Positions 36,601 to 48,528 of a stretch of 64,000 bases of DNA are shown piece after piece (position 1 is the stretch's first letter; every line of letters starts with the position of its first letter). Source of the stretch: Octopus sinensis (taxonomy: Eukaryota); assembly GCF_006345805.1 (NCBI RefSeq), contig NC_043012.1, forward strand, positions 55,118,001 through 55,182,000, given 5' to 3'. A program made the position numbers and the translations under genes. A model generated the notes under the pieces. It was given only the letters and a program-made list of their open reading frames with translations. It had not been told where the DNA came from and did no database searches.

Positions 36601-37901
36601 TTGATGTATGTGTATGTATGTATATGCATATGAAAATATTTTCCACAGATTAATGTCACTAAAAAATATAAACACTAGCAAAAAAATTTCTTTTTTTTTA
36701 TCATAAACTGAAGAATCACCCATTCCTATAATTCCATACAATTTCATAAAACGAAATAGCTAAGTGGTTGCGCTATTAATCTACTGACATATTGGTCTAA
36801 AAATGAAATCTGTTATAGATTTTTGATTGTGTAAAGTAGTAAATTTAATTCTGAATTAACTCAATTCCTCTAACTTATTGGAAATCAGTCCCAAATCATT
36901 TGGGAATATTACAGGAGATATTTTATTCATGTATTTTATATTGCATTTTTTGAAAAATCTAGTGTTGTTTGTTACAGGTTTTCAATGGACTCAGTACTGT
37001 TTCATTGTATATCTGATGATGAGAGTATCTGTAATTTAGTGCAGAACAAATATGTCAAAGGACTGCATATTAAAGAAAGATCATCAAGAGTATTTTCTTA
37101 ATTGATTGATGTTAACTACATCACATCACTGAACTCAAAGCTGAATTTGTTTACAAATAAAGTCATCTTTTTTCTTTAATTAGTTTCAGTCACTGGACTG
37201 CGGCCATGCTGGAGTACCATCTTGAAGAGTTTAGTTGAACAAATCAGTGCCAATACTTTGTTTTCTTTAAAGTCTGGTACTTATTCTATGGATCTCTTTC
37301 AGCTGAAATGCTAGATTACATGGACATAAATAAACCAACACCAGTTGGCGATCAGTGTGTGGAACACAAACATACACACATGATGGGCTTCCACACAGTT
37401 TCCATCTACTAAATTCATTCACAAGACATTAGTTGGTCTAGGGCCATAGAAGACAATTCTTGCCCAAGGTGCTATACAAACGGGATTAATATATTAAAAA
37501 AAAATAAAATTTCGCTACTTCATCAAAGAATAATTTCAAAATTCTTCATCAGGAATATCCCAAAATAATAATAATAAAAAAAAAGTTTAAGAATGAAATT
37601 CCATTAAAATCTTTAGCAATCAGCTAACTCTGTTGAATGTAATTCACATTATGAAGGTGGCAAGCTGGTAGAATCGTTAGCACACCAGGTGAAATGCTTA
37701 GCAATATTTTGTTTGTCGCTATGTTCTGAGTTCAAATTCCGCCGAGGTCAACTTTGCTTTTCATCCTTTCAGAGTCGAGGAAATAAGAACCAATTGAATA
37801 CTGGGGGTTGGTGAAATTGACTACCTCCTCCCCCAAATTTAAGGCCCTGTGCCTTTAGTAGAAAGGATTAATTCACATTGTTTTGAATTAATCATTCATT
37901 A

Positions 37902-38075
37902 TAGGCGTAGGAGTGGCTGTGTGGTAAGTAGCTTGCTTACCAACCACATGGTTCCGGATTCAGTCCCACTGCGTGGCACCTTGGGTAAGCGTCTTCTACT
38001 ATAGCCTTGGACCGACCAAAGCCTTGTGAGTGGATTTGGTAGACGGAAACTGAAAGAAGTCTGTCGTATATATAT

Positions 38076-38147
<72 letters not shown>

Positions 38148-38366
38148 TGTGTGTATGTTTGAGTGTCTTTGTTTGTCCCCCCAACATCGCTTGATAACCA
38201 ATGCTGGTGTGTTTACATCCCCGTAACTTAGCAGTTCGGCAAAAGAGGCCAATAGAGAAGCACTAGGCTTACAAAGACTAACTCCTGGGGTCTAGTTGCT
38301 CGACTAAAGGCGGTGCTCCAGCATGGCCACAGTCAAATGACTGAAACAAGTAAAAGAGTAAAAGAG
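37902..38366 (+). mobile_element. SINE family 1 copy inside a TTAA-type MITE
   Basis: Full head to tail; MITE remainder ends AAATGCTAAAGGGCTAA at ~38518. Confidence 0.85.
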
Positions 38367-39769
38367 TATCTCATAGCTTTGAAATTCTGACAATGTGATT
38401 GCTTATTTTTAGCATGACATTGTAGGGTAGGTGCAAGAGGATGGAGCTGGCCAGTTTGAACATAAAGGGGGTAGAATCTTTGGGCCTGATATGGTAGGTT
38501 TAAATGCTAAAGGGCTAAACTATTAATGTAATAAGAGAATATTTAAGAAGTAGGTAGGAACCAGCAAGGAAAATATTTTTAAATGAGATGAGATGAAAGA
38601 ATCTGTAGTTGGGAGTATTTTCAAAGAAATGGCAAATGACTTTGCAGACAAACTATTGATTTATTCGATGGGAAATAAGAACAGTTTCGTTTAACTATGG
38701 AGACCACATAGAAATATTCTTGTGAAGCAGCTGTAAGAGAAAAACAAACAAAAATAATAAGTAAAGAGCAGCAGTAGTGGTATCGGCAGCAGCAGCTGTA
38801 GAAGGGAAGCAATTTGTTGTAGGCAGTGTCTACTTGTTGCCAGACAACATTAGAAGCTTATGTCAACAGGATTATCTTCCAGGGAAATAATAATTATGTA
38901 TTATCATCACGAACTGACAAAATAGATTGTCTGAATGATGGAACTGAATGATAAAAAAGTTCTGTGCTGCTCACTACCTTTGCTCATATTACTGTAAAGT
39001 ACAGCAGCAAAAACAACATGTAATATGTTCAAACAACAAACAAACATCAGTCAGAAAGAAGGTGAGCTCAACTGAATAACAACAACCGCATTTGATTATG
39101 ATTAAACTACTGTAGCTCCATGCAATGATTTATCTTCACCTTAATCCTTTTCTAAAAGGAGATATTCATGATTAACCATGCCTCCATCCGTGTTCACCAC
39201 TCACTGCATTTCCCTCCAATCCCATCTCTCTCCATCTGCCACTTACCTCTTGCACTCCCATGAACTTACATACCTACCCATACCACTTCTCTTGAATTCA
39301 TCTTCCAATAACTTGAAGGTGTCCCTTAACATATTTTCAGCACCATCCTTTTTCTTTTCCAACTGGAGTAATCACATCTCTCCCTTGCAGCAAGACACCT
39401 GTTCTTGCCCCTCTATTATAATTTTAACCTCTCACCGACTGGCATAAAGCCACTTCTCTCAGTACTATTTTCCAACTCAGTTGAGTGGGTTTCATCCTGC
39501 AAGTTATTTGGTAACTTCATTGGTGCCAATACCATGTGAAAAGCATCCAGTACACTGTGAAGATTGGATTTAGGAAGAGCAAAGTATACATTAGAGTTTG
39601 GTGTAGTCCTTTGGATCACCAACTCCTGTTGAAACATCCAACTCATGCCAGCATGGAAAACAGATGTACAATGAAGATGAGAACTAATTTTACTACATTT
39701 TTTTTAGCTCCAATTTTTCATTGATGACATAAGCAGCCTTCCCCACTTCTATTACATATCCCGTAGTCT

Positions 39770-40070
39770 GGCTGACCACTGGGGCATTGCTGATGACTTT
39801 GCAACCGGATCCCTCCACCCATCTCTGTCTTATGGCTCTTGCACTGCGTCTCTCATCTTTAAGCCTGTCCACTCACAGATGTTGTTTTCCCACCTTTTCC
39901 TCTGTCTGCCCCTGCAAACTTTTAACTGTTCTCTGGAGGATTGTTTTGGCCATCCCCGATGAGCAGGTGACATGCCCAAACCACCATCATCTGCACAATA
40001 AAGTGCAATTACCAACGCAGTTGCGTCCTTTGTTCTGGCACAATCTGCCAAGGTTAAATACTGGAGGCAG
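39770..40070 (-). mobile_element. RTE (BovB-like) LINE C-terminal fragment
   Basis: Minus strand ...RGRQRKRWENNICEWTGLKMRDAV... is a typical RTE ORF end. Confidence 0.65.
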
Positions 40071-41213
40071 AATGTGAAATTTATCCTCTCAGCCAGAATC
40101 AGTTCCCACCTACATCCTAGGGCTTTATTAAACAAAATTTATGTCATGATTATTCAGTGTGCAGACAAAATGAATGATAAAGATATAATTTTGTGGCTTG
40201 TAAAATCCAAGGTATGAGTAAGCTCCAATACTGGCTGACCTAATAAATTACATGCATGTGTGTACACGCATACACATACACACACACACACACACACAGA
40301 GTAGTTTTCTGTAAAGTTTCCCTTCAACCAAATTCTACTTACAAAGTATTGATTAATAAGAAGGCTATGGTAGAAAATGCATACCCAAGGTAGAGAGCAG
40401 TGGGATTGAATAGTTTTTCAATTTGTGGAGTATGAGACTTGGATGCCAAATGGAATTTTGCCCTAATGAACATAGATGAGAGGAAGGTAAAGAAGAATGA
40501 AAGGTCTTTGAATGCAACATTCTTGAAGTATATCATGCTAAAATCAGAAATTATAGAATTATTTGGAAAATATTGGAACATACCAAACCTCACAATTACT
40601 GCTGGGATCTTTGTATCTCAAAGAAAACAGCAATTCTATTTTAAATACCCTTTCAGGGTTAATGATAACTATGTGTGTATGTATGTATGTATGTGTGTGT
40701 GTGTGTGCCATTCATGCATCACCAGCACTGGTCACAACCACGATTTCATTTAGTTTGACACACCTTCTCAAGCACAGCAATTAAAAAAAGAAAAATTATA
40801 AAATGTCACAAGGCTGAATGTCAGACAGCCTTATGCTATGCAAAATATGTGCTTCTGTTAACAAGTGTCTTACAGTCAATGTTTTTGTTATTGGAGAATA
40901 TTTGTATTGAAATCTTCAAAATGCCTTGTAGGCAGATGTCAGACAATCTTGATTAATATTTTCGCATGCTCCAACCAATTCAAAAGGCTTTCTATTGTTA
41001 ATATTCATGTTCAATGGTTTATATGTTGTAAGTAAATATAAAATCATTTGGTTTGTTTCTAATACCGCTTGAGAATTGGTACATCTCAGAGTTGCAATTT
41101 GTAGGGTTCCAGCCTAAATAAATTTTTTACACTGCATTTAGTTCTTTTCTGGACTATTTCTCACTGTTTTGCATTTTCTCCCACCCTCATATATATATAT
41201 ATATATATATATA

Positions 41214-41480
41214 TAGGGAGAGTTTACGAAAAAACAAAAGACGAAGACAGGTGGTGTACAAAACAAACAGATGTATTAGTATAACGCTCAGGAATAGAAA
41301 AAGTCTTCTATGTTTCGAGCCTATGCCCTTCTACAAAAAGGGACACAGAAAATAGAGAGAAAGTGGGGAGAAAGGGAGAAGAGAAGACGAGGAGAGAAAA
41401 GAAACGGAGGGAGAGGGAGGCAAAATAACGGGTGCGGACTAGAGAAAACAGAGTAAGGACATCCAGAGAAGGAAGAGACG
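41214..41480 (-). mobile_element. Possible Penelope-like pLTR remnant
   Basis: Minus-strand GTAGAAGGGCATAGGCTCGAAAC resembles the degenerate hammerhead motif typical of Penelope ends; sits next to (AT)n. Confidence 0.35.
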
Positions 41481-41497
41481 ACAATATATATTTATAT

Positions 41498-43852
41498 ATT
41501 AGAGCTGTCCAAGCCATGTACAGTGGTGCTGTTAGTAAGGTGAGAGTCGGCCATGAATACAGTGATGAATTTAGCATTCAGGTAGGGATTCTCTAGGACT
41601 CAGTTCTCAGCCCACACTTATTCATTAAAGTCCCCCAAGCCATAACAGAGGAATTCAAAACTGGGTGCCTGTGGAGACTACTATATGCTGATGACCTTGC
41701 TCTTATTGCAGAATCTTTAGTAGAATTGGGGAAGAAATTCCAGGTATGGAAACAAAACCTGGAATCAAAGGGCCTTAAAGTTAACCTAACTAAGACAAAA
41801 GTAGTTGTTAATAAGAAAGAAGATAAAACTTTCTTTTTGTCTGGTAAATGGTTCTGCTCCATATGTAAGAAAGGAGGTGGAAGAAATTCTATTTGCTGCA
41901 CCCAGTATAAACTATGGACACATAAGAGATGCAGTGGTATTACAGATATATTAACAGAGAGAGTAGTCTTTGTATGTGGCAGATGTGCAGGAACAATACG
42001 CACTAAGAGCACGCAGGAATTAGATTCTCTCAAATATCCAGGCAGCTCCCATGGGGTTGTAGATAGTTTCTGTTACCTAGGTGACCAAATTAGCAATGGG
42101 GGAGGATGCACTGAAAGTATTGTTTCTAGAATAAGAATTGGGTGGAGGAAGTTCAGAGAGCTATTACCTCTGTTGGCAACAAAAGGCCTCTCTCTCAGAG
42201 TGAAAGGTAGACTATATGATGCTTGTGTATGAATGGCTATACTCCATGGTAGTGAGACGTGGGCTCTGAATGCTGAAGATGTGTAGACTGGAGAGAAATG
42301 AAGGTAGTATGCTCCATTGGATGTGCAACATCAGTGCACATGTACAGCAAAGTGCAAATGTACTGAGAGAAAAATTGGGCATAAGAGGAATCAAGTGTAA
42401 CATGCAAGAGAGAAGACTATATTGGCTTGGATATGTGATGCATATGAATGAGGACAGTTGCATAAAGACGTGCCAATCACTGATAGTGGATGGTACCCAT
42501 GGAAGAAGGGGACCTAGGAAGACTCAGGATGAGGTGGTAAGGACTGATCTCAGGAAGTTGGACCTCACAGAGGAAATGACCAGGGACTGAGATGTCTGGT
42601 GATATTAAGTTCTTGAGAAGACCCACCCACATCAGTGAAACTGAGTTCTAGAAGCGCTGTGTGTCCCACCCACACTTCACAAGAAAACTTCTCACTCACT
42701 CTACCATAACGAACCAAACTGCATCTCTACATCTCTTCTTTTCTTCACATTTCCACTTCATGTACTATGATTACCTCCCACTCCCCAACCCTGTCCACTT
42801 TGTCCGGTGCCACTGTATCATTGCTCTCTGCTTGCCCCCACCTGTGCATTCTACCCACATGCCTTGTCTCACTCTATTGCTGCTGTCTGCTAATCCCTGA
42901 CCTGGGTATTCTACCCACACGCAACAAGAAAACTTTTCTCTCACCCTACCCCAACAAACCAATCTACAACTCTTTCTCACATTTCCTCCATTTGCTATGC
43001 CTAGCTTTCACTCCCTAATCTTGTCCTCATACCCCTGTTCCTCTGTATCATTGCTATCCATTAGTCCCTCCAACTCTAAATATACCCAGGTCTTTCGTTA
43101 CTTACTTGCACTCTTTAATCACACTCCCTTCACAATATCCTGTCACTTATATTATGGCATATGAACCTCAAGGGTATGCCCTGGCCCTTTCCACTATATC
43201 TCTCTTCCTTTACTCAACCATCTCATTTATACTCCGATCTCCATTCCTTATGAGTATGCCTGGTATTTTGCTACCATCTCCATCCTGTGGTCTCCCACTC
43301 TCTCTCCTTCTCCAGCACTTCCCTCAGGTTGGGCAACCATGTATTTTCTTTGCAGTAGCATACCTGTTTCTATCTTCACTCCTGATCTTTCTCTCTCTAG
43401 CCAGGTAACCTTGTACTTCTTCTACAGCAAGACACATGTATCTGTCTCACTATAACCGTTTCACCATCACCTCCTCCAATGCCTCCTCTGCTCTTTAAAT
43501 TTTTTGTCTTGCAAGTACTTGGTGACTCTGTCAGTGCAGGTGCCACTTAAAAGCACCCAGTCCACACTGTAAAGTAGTTGGTGTTCAGAAGGGCATCCAG
43601 CTGAAAAAACCTTGCCAAAACTGACCTCGCCTGTGCTTGTGCTATGTAAAGAGCACAACTCACCTTGCCCCAGCTTGTGCCACATAAAGAGCACTAAGTT
43701 CACTCTGCTGAGTGGCTGGTGTTAGGAAGGGCATCCAGCAGTAAAACTCCTGCCAAACTAGAGTTAGAAGTCTGGTGCAGGCTTTGGCCTGGCTGGCTCT
43801 TGTGGTACTGTCCCACTCATGCTAGCATGGAATACAGATGTTAAATGATGAT
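41498..43852 (+). mobile_element. 5'-truncated RTE-clade LINE: degraded RT ORF 3' half, C/T-rich 3'UTR, terminal module and (TGA)n tail
   Basis: Translates ...EEFKTGCLWRLLYADDLALIAES...LKVNLTKTK...DSFCYLGD...RIRIGWRKFRELLPLL...GRRGPRKT...; stops and frameshifts; ends GCATGGAATACAGATGTTAAATGATGATG. Confidence 0.9.
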
Positions 43853-45467
43853 GATAGGAGGACCCTCTTTGGTCACAAATGAACAGGAGATTGCACTGAG
43901 AAAGTTTCCCTCTAAGGCACAAATCCAAGAAAGACCATCAGTCTCCCCTTTCCATGCCACCAATATTGTCCAAGGGAAAGGCAAAGGACAATACAGCCTG
44001 GTGCCAGTGATGTTGCAATTCGTTTCCACAGCTGAGTAAACTGGAACAGCATGAAATAAAGTGTCTTGCTGAAGAACACAACACGTAACCCAGCCTGGGA
44101 AATGAACTCACAACCTCATGATTGTAAGCTCGATGCTCTAACCAATGAGCTATGTGCCTTGACTACATGATAGATAGAGATCAACAGAGCTAAAGGCTGT
44201 TAGTTAAATGGTAGAAGACAAATACATTACTATTAGACAGGAACTAAGAAGCCTAAGGAAAACCAATACAAATTCTTGCCTTTTAAACCTAATATTTAAT
44301 ACCTTCATTGTATATTGTGAAAGAATCTGAAGTGGACAAAAATTATTCTTTGTTTGATATGCAGTTTGGAGAGACAGATGTACATGAATAAGAAAATAGT
44401 TCCACAGCTGAAACAACATCAACATAAGCTAACAAAAGAACCTCTACATCATCATCATCATCATCTTTTCAATGTTCACTTTTCTATATTTGCATGGGTC
44501 AAATATAATTTGTTGAGGCAGTGTTTCTATGACCAGATGTCCCTCCAGTTGCCAACCTCCACCTGTTTCCAAGTAAGGTGATATCTCTCCAAGGCCTGAC
44601 CTATTTCCACAGAAGACAGGAAATGAAGGACACCGCTTGTATGACAGTGATGCTTGTTTACAACTATCGCATGATGCTAAGGCAAGAAGACACAAATATG
44701 CATACACATGGTGGGCTTCTTTTAGTTTCCATCTACCAGTTCTACTTACAAGGGTTTTGTTGGCCTGAGGCTGTAGTGGAAGACTCTTGCCCAAGGTACC
44801 ATACAGTGGGACTGAACTCATTATTATGTCCTTAGGAAGCATATTTCTTAACCACACAGCCAAACCTGCTCTTCTACATGGTTGCATAACCTGCTAGAAA
44901 CTGCTGTGAAATTTCCCTAAAATTACAAATTGCAGACTAAATAAAAAAAAAAGATAATAAATGGATGGTTATGATTAGAAAACCTTTCATCATTAAGTCT
45001 ATACATCCAGGATTAAACAACAATATGATACCAATGCTAATATAATTAACTTGGAAAATAATTCACTTAAAACCATTCTTTGTGATGGCTATAGGAATTG
45101 ATTGGAAAATTCTTGGAATCCCAATGGAGTAAGAGAGAAACCTAAATCTTCTTCAGACAACAGCAACATAAGATTTAACTGTTAGATAAGGATCAAACTA
45201 CTTGGAATCAATAATGAGTTGCTGTTCTTTAGCCCTAGGCCATCTCTGATAGAGTAGAACTATGAACAAATGGATTCCAGCTAGAATTAAGCTGTCTTTT
45301 TTTCTCTTTTTTCACATATTTTCAGATAATGTATCTCAAATGATATCCAATGTGTTCTTTTTAGAAGCTAGTAGGGTGTGATTTGAGGCAGATTTGCTTG
45401 CTATTTCTAACAAGTCAGGTGATCACAGAGGTTCTCTCACTGGCTTATTCATCACTATGTAGGTTTA

Positions 45468-45691
45468 TTACTCTCTTTACTCTTTTACTTGTTTCAGTCA
45501 TTTGACTGCGGCCAAGCTGGAGCACCGCCTTTAGTTGAACAAATCAAGCCCAGGACAAGCCTAGTACTTATTCTATCAGTATCTTATGCCAAACAGCTAA
45601 GTTACGGGGACATAAACACACTACCATCGGTTGTCAAGTGATGTTGGGAGGACAAACACAGACACACAAACATATACATATACATACATAC

Positions 45692-45740
<49 letters not shown>

Positions 45741-45915
45741 CACACATATATATAACGGGTTTCTTTCAGTTTCCGTCAACCAAATCCACTCACAAGGCTT
45801 TGGTCGGCCTGAGGTTATAGTAGAAGACACTTGCCCAAGGTGCCACACAGTGGGAATGAACCCAGAACCATGTGGCTGGTAAGCAAGCTACTTACCAAAC
45901 ACCCACTCCTGTGCC
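45468..45915 (-). mobile_element. SINE family 1 copy
   Basis: Reverse complement of the family. Confidence 0.85.
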
Positions 45916-46199
45916 TAGTATTATATACAAAGACTGGAAAATATAAGGAGAAACAAACAATAAACCATTTATTGGCCACCTAGAAAGGTAGCAAACATTT
46001 CTATGTTGGAAGGTCACAGCCTGACAGTGTCACATTTCAAAGCAATTTTTGTACTACAAAACCAATTATAAAGTAATAAGATCAACATAAAATTATAAAA
46101 ATTCCAAGAAAATATAATGGCAGAGTTTCAGAAGAAAGCATTCCCCATTGTAATATTTTTGTGTAAAATGTGCTAGTAATTTGTTTTAAACACAGTTGT

Positions 46200-46980
46200 C
46201 ATCATCACCATTTAATGTCTGTTTTCCATGCTGGCATGAGTTGGATGGTTTGACAGAAAACTGGTAAACTAGGGATCTCCACCAGGTTCCAGTCTGATAG
46301 GACATGGTTTCTACAGGTGGATGCCCTTCCTAACGCCAACCACTCCGTGAGTGTAGTGGGTGCTTTTTACGTGCCACCTGCACAGGTGCCAGGCGAGGCT
46401 GGCAACGGCCACGGTCGGATTGGTGTATTTTATGTGCCACCGGCACGGAAGCCAGTCAAGGCGGCGCTGGCATCGGCCACGAGTCGGATAGTGCTTTTTA
46501 CATACCACCAGACCAGGGATCCTGGCTGGTTCAATTCGATTTCGCTTTCCCCAACATGTCTTCGCAAGCAAAGGGGGTTGGCATGGGTGCCTGTCGTACG
46601 GTCGGATTGGTGTATTTTACGTGCCACCGGCACGGAAGCCAGTGGAGGCGGGGCTGGCATCGGCCATGAGTCGGATAGTGCTTTTTACGTACCACCAGAC
46701 CAGGGATCCTGGCTAGTTCAATTCGATTTCGATTTTGCTTGCCCCAACATGTCTTCGCAAGCAAAGGGGGTTGGCATTGGTGCCTGTCGTCGGATGAGGT
46801 TCTATATCGACTTCGCTTGCCTCAACAGGTCTTTGTGTCCAAGAGAGGAAAGGCATTCATGAGTGGGCTGGGCTCACTTGTCCTGCCTGGTCTTCTCACG
46901 TACAGCATATTTCCAAAGGTCTCGGTCGCTGGTCATTTCCTCAGTGAGGCCTAAAGTTCAAAGGTCGTGCTTCACCACCT
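46200..46980 (-). mobile_element. Younger RTE LINE 3' end (ORF C-terminus plus GC-rich 3'UTR with a 187-bp tandem duplication)
   Basis: Minus strand reads EVVKHDL*TLGLTEEMTSDRDLWKYAVREKTRQDK*, matching the ORF end at ~42530-42620; CpGs retained; ends in the GGAAGGGCATCC module and tail. Confidence 0.8.
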
Positions 46981-47310
46981 CATCATCATCATTTAACATC
47001 TGTGTTCCAGGCTAGCAAGGGTGGAACACATGAGCCGGCCAGACTAAAGCTTGTACCAGACTTCTGTGACTGTTTTGGCAGGATTTTTACAGCTGGATGC
47101 CCTTCCTAACACCAACCACCCAGCAGAGTGTACTTAGTGCTTTTTATGTGGCACAAGCACAGGTGAGGTGAGTAGTGCTTTTTACACGGCACAAGCAAAT
47201 CCAGTTTTGGCAAGGTTTTTACACCAACCACTTTACAGTGTGAACTGGGTGCTTGTAAGAGGCGCCTGCACTGACAGGGTCACCAAGTATTTGCAATACA
47301 AAAACTTTTA
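46980..47310 (-). mobile_element. RTE terminal module, satellite-progenitor type
   Basis: Carries two GTGCTTTTT...GGCACAAGC submodules, as the array unit does. Confidence 0.75.
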
Positions 47311-47544
47311 AGATATATGTGTATGTGTCTTCATGCCTATATTTCCCCCCACCACCACTGTTTGGCAAGTGATGGTGGCATGTTTACGTTGCTGTAACTT
47401 AGTGATTTAGCAAAAAGAGACTGATATAATAAGTGCCAAGTTTAACGAAAAAAAAACAAGTCCCAGGGTCAATCCATTTGACTAAAACTCCTTCAAGGTG
47501 GTGCCCCAGCATGGTCGCAATCTAATGAGTGAAACAAGATATAT

Positions 47545-47775
47545 ATATATGTATGTATGTGTGTGTTTGTGTGTCTGTGTTTGTCCCCCTAGCATTGCTT
47601 GACAACCGATGCTGGTGTGTTTATGTCCCCATCACTTAGTGGTTCAGCAAAAGGGACCGATAGAATAAGTACTGGGCTTACAAAGAATAAGTCCCGGGGT
47701 CGATTTGCTCGATTAAAGGCGGTGCTCCAGTAAGGCCGCAGTCAAAATGACTGAAACAAGTAAAAGAGTAAAGAG
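47545..47775 (+). mobile_element. SINE family 1 3' half
   Basis: Runs from the microsatellite to the GTAAAAGAG tail. Confidence 0.8.
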
Positions 47776-48154
47776 TATATATATATAATATATATAAAAT
47801 CATTATCTAACATTCCTTTTTCCATGCTAGCATCGGTTGGATGGTTTTGATGAACCAGAGGACTGCACTAAACTCCAGTGTCTGCTTTGACATGGTTTTC
47901 TACAGCTTGATGTCCTTTCTAGTTTCAGCCACTTGATTAGCATGCTAGTAATAGCAACAAAATCTTCCTCAAACCACATTCTAATATTATTGGATAATGT
48001 AGTTTTGGATACACTATGACCAAAAAGAAAAACAAAATGACGATTATGACTGGAACACCATTGATCATCATATATCTTGCTTAATCAGGCCTGACCTGGA
48101 TTTCAGCAACAACCATTTTGGTCCCTATGAAGCATGAAATAAGTTGAAATATAA

Positions 48155-48528
48155 AACTCTTTTACTTGTTTCAGTCAGTTGACTGCGGCCATGCTGGAGC
48201 ACCGCCTTTAGTTGAGCAAATCGACCTCGGGACTTATTCTTTGTAAGCCAAGTACTTACTATATCGGTCTCTTTTGCCAAACCGCTAAGTGACGGGGACG
48301 TAAACACACCAGCATCGGTTGTCAAGCAATGCTAGGGGGACAAACACACACATACATATATACGACAGGCTTCTTTCAGTTTCCGTCTACCAAATCCACT
48401 CACAAGGCATTGGTCGGCCCGGGGCTATAGCAGAAGACACTTGCTCAAGATGCCATGTAGTGGGACTGAACCTGGAACCATGTGGTTGGTTAGCAAGGTA
48501 CTTACCACACAGCCACTCCTGCGCCTAC
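48155..48528 (-). mobile_element. SINE family 1 copy (young)
   Basis: Reverse complement, near consensus. Confidence 0.85.

Noticed and set aside
36978-37101. + strand acceptor followed by short ORF MDSVLFHCISDDESICNLVQNKYVKGLHIKERSSRVFS
   Set aside because: 38 codons, no convincing donor, no recognisable homology and no partner exons.
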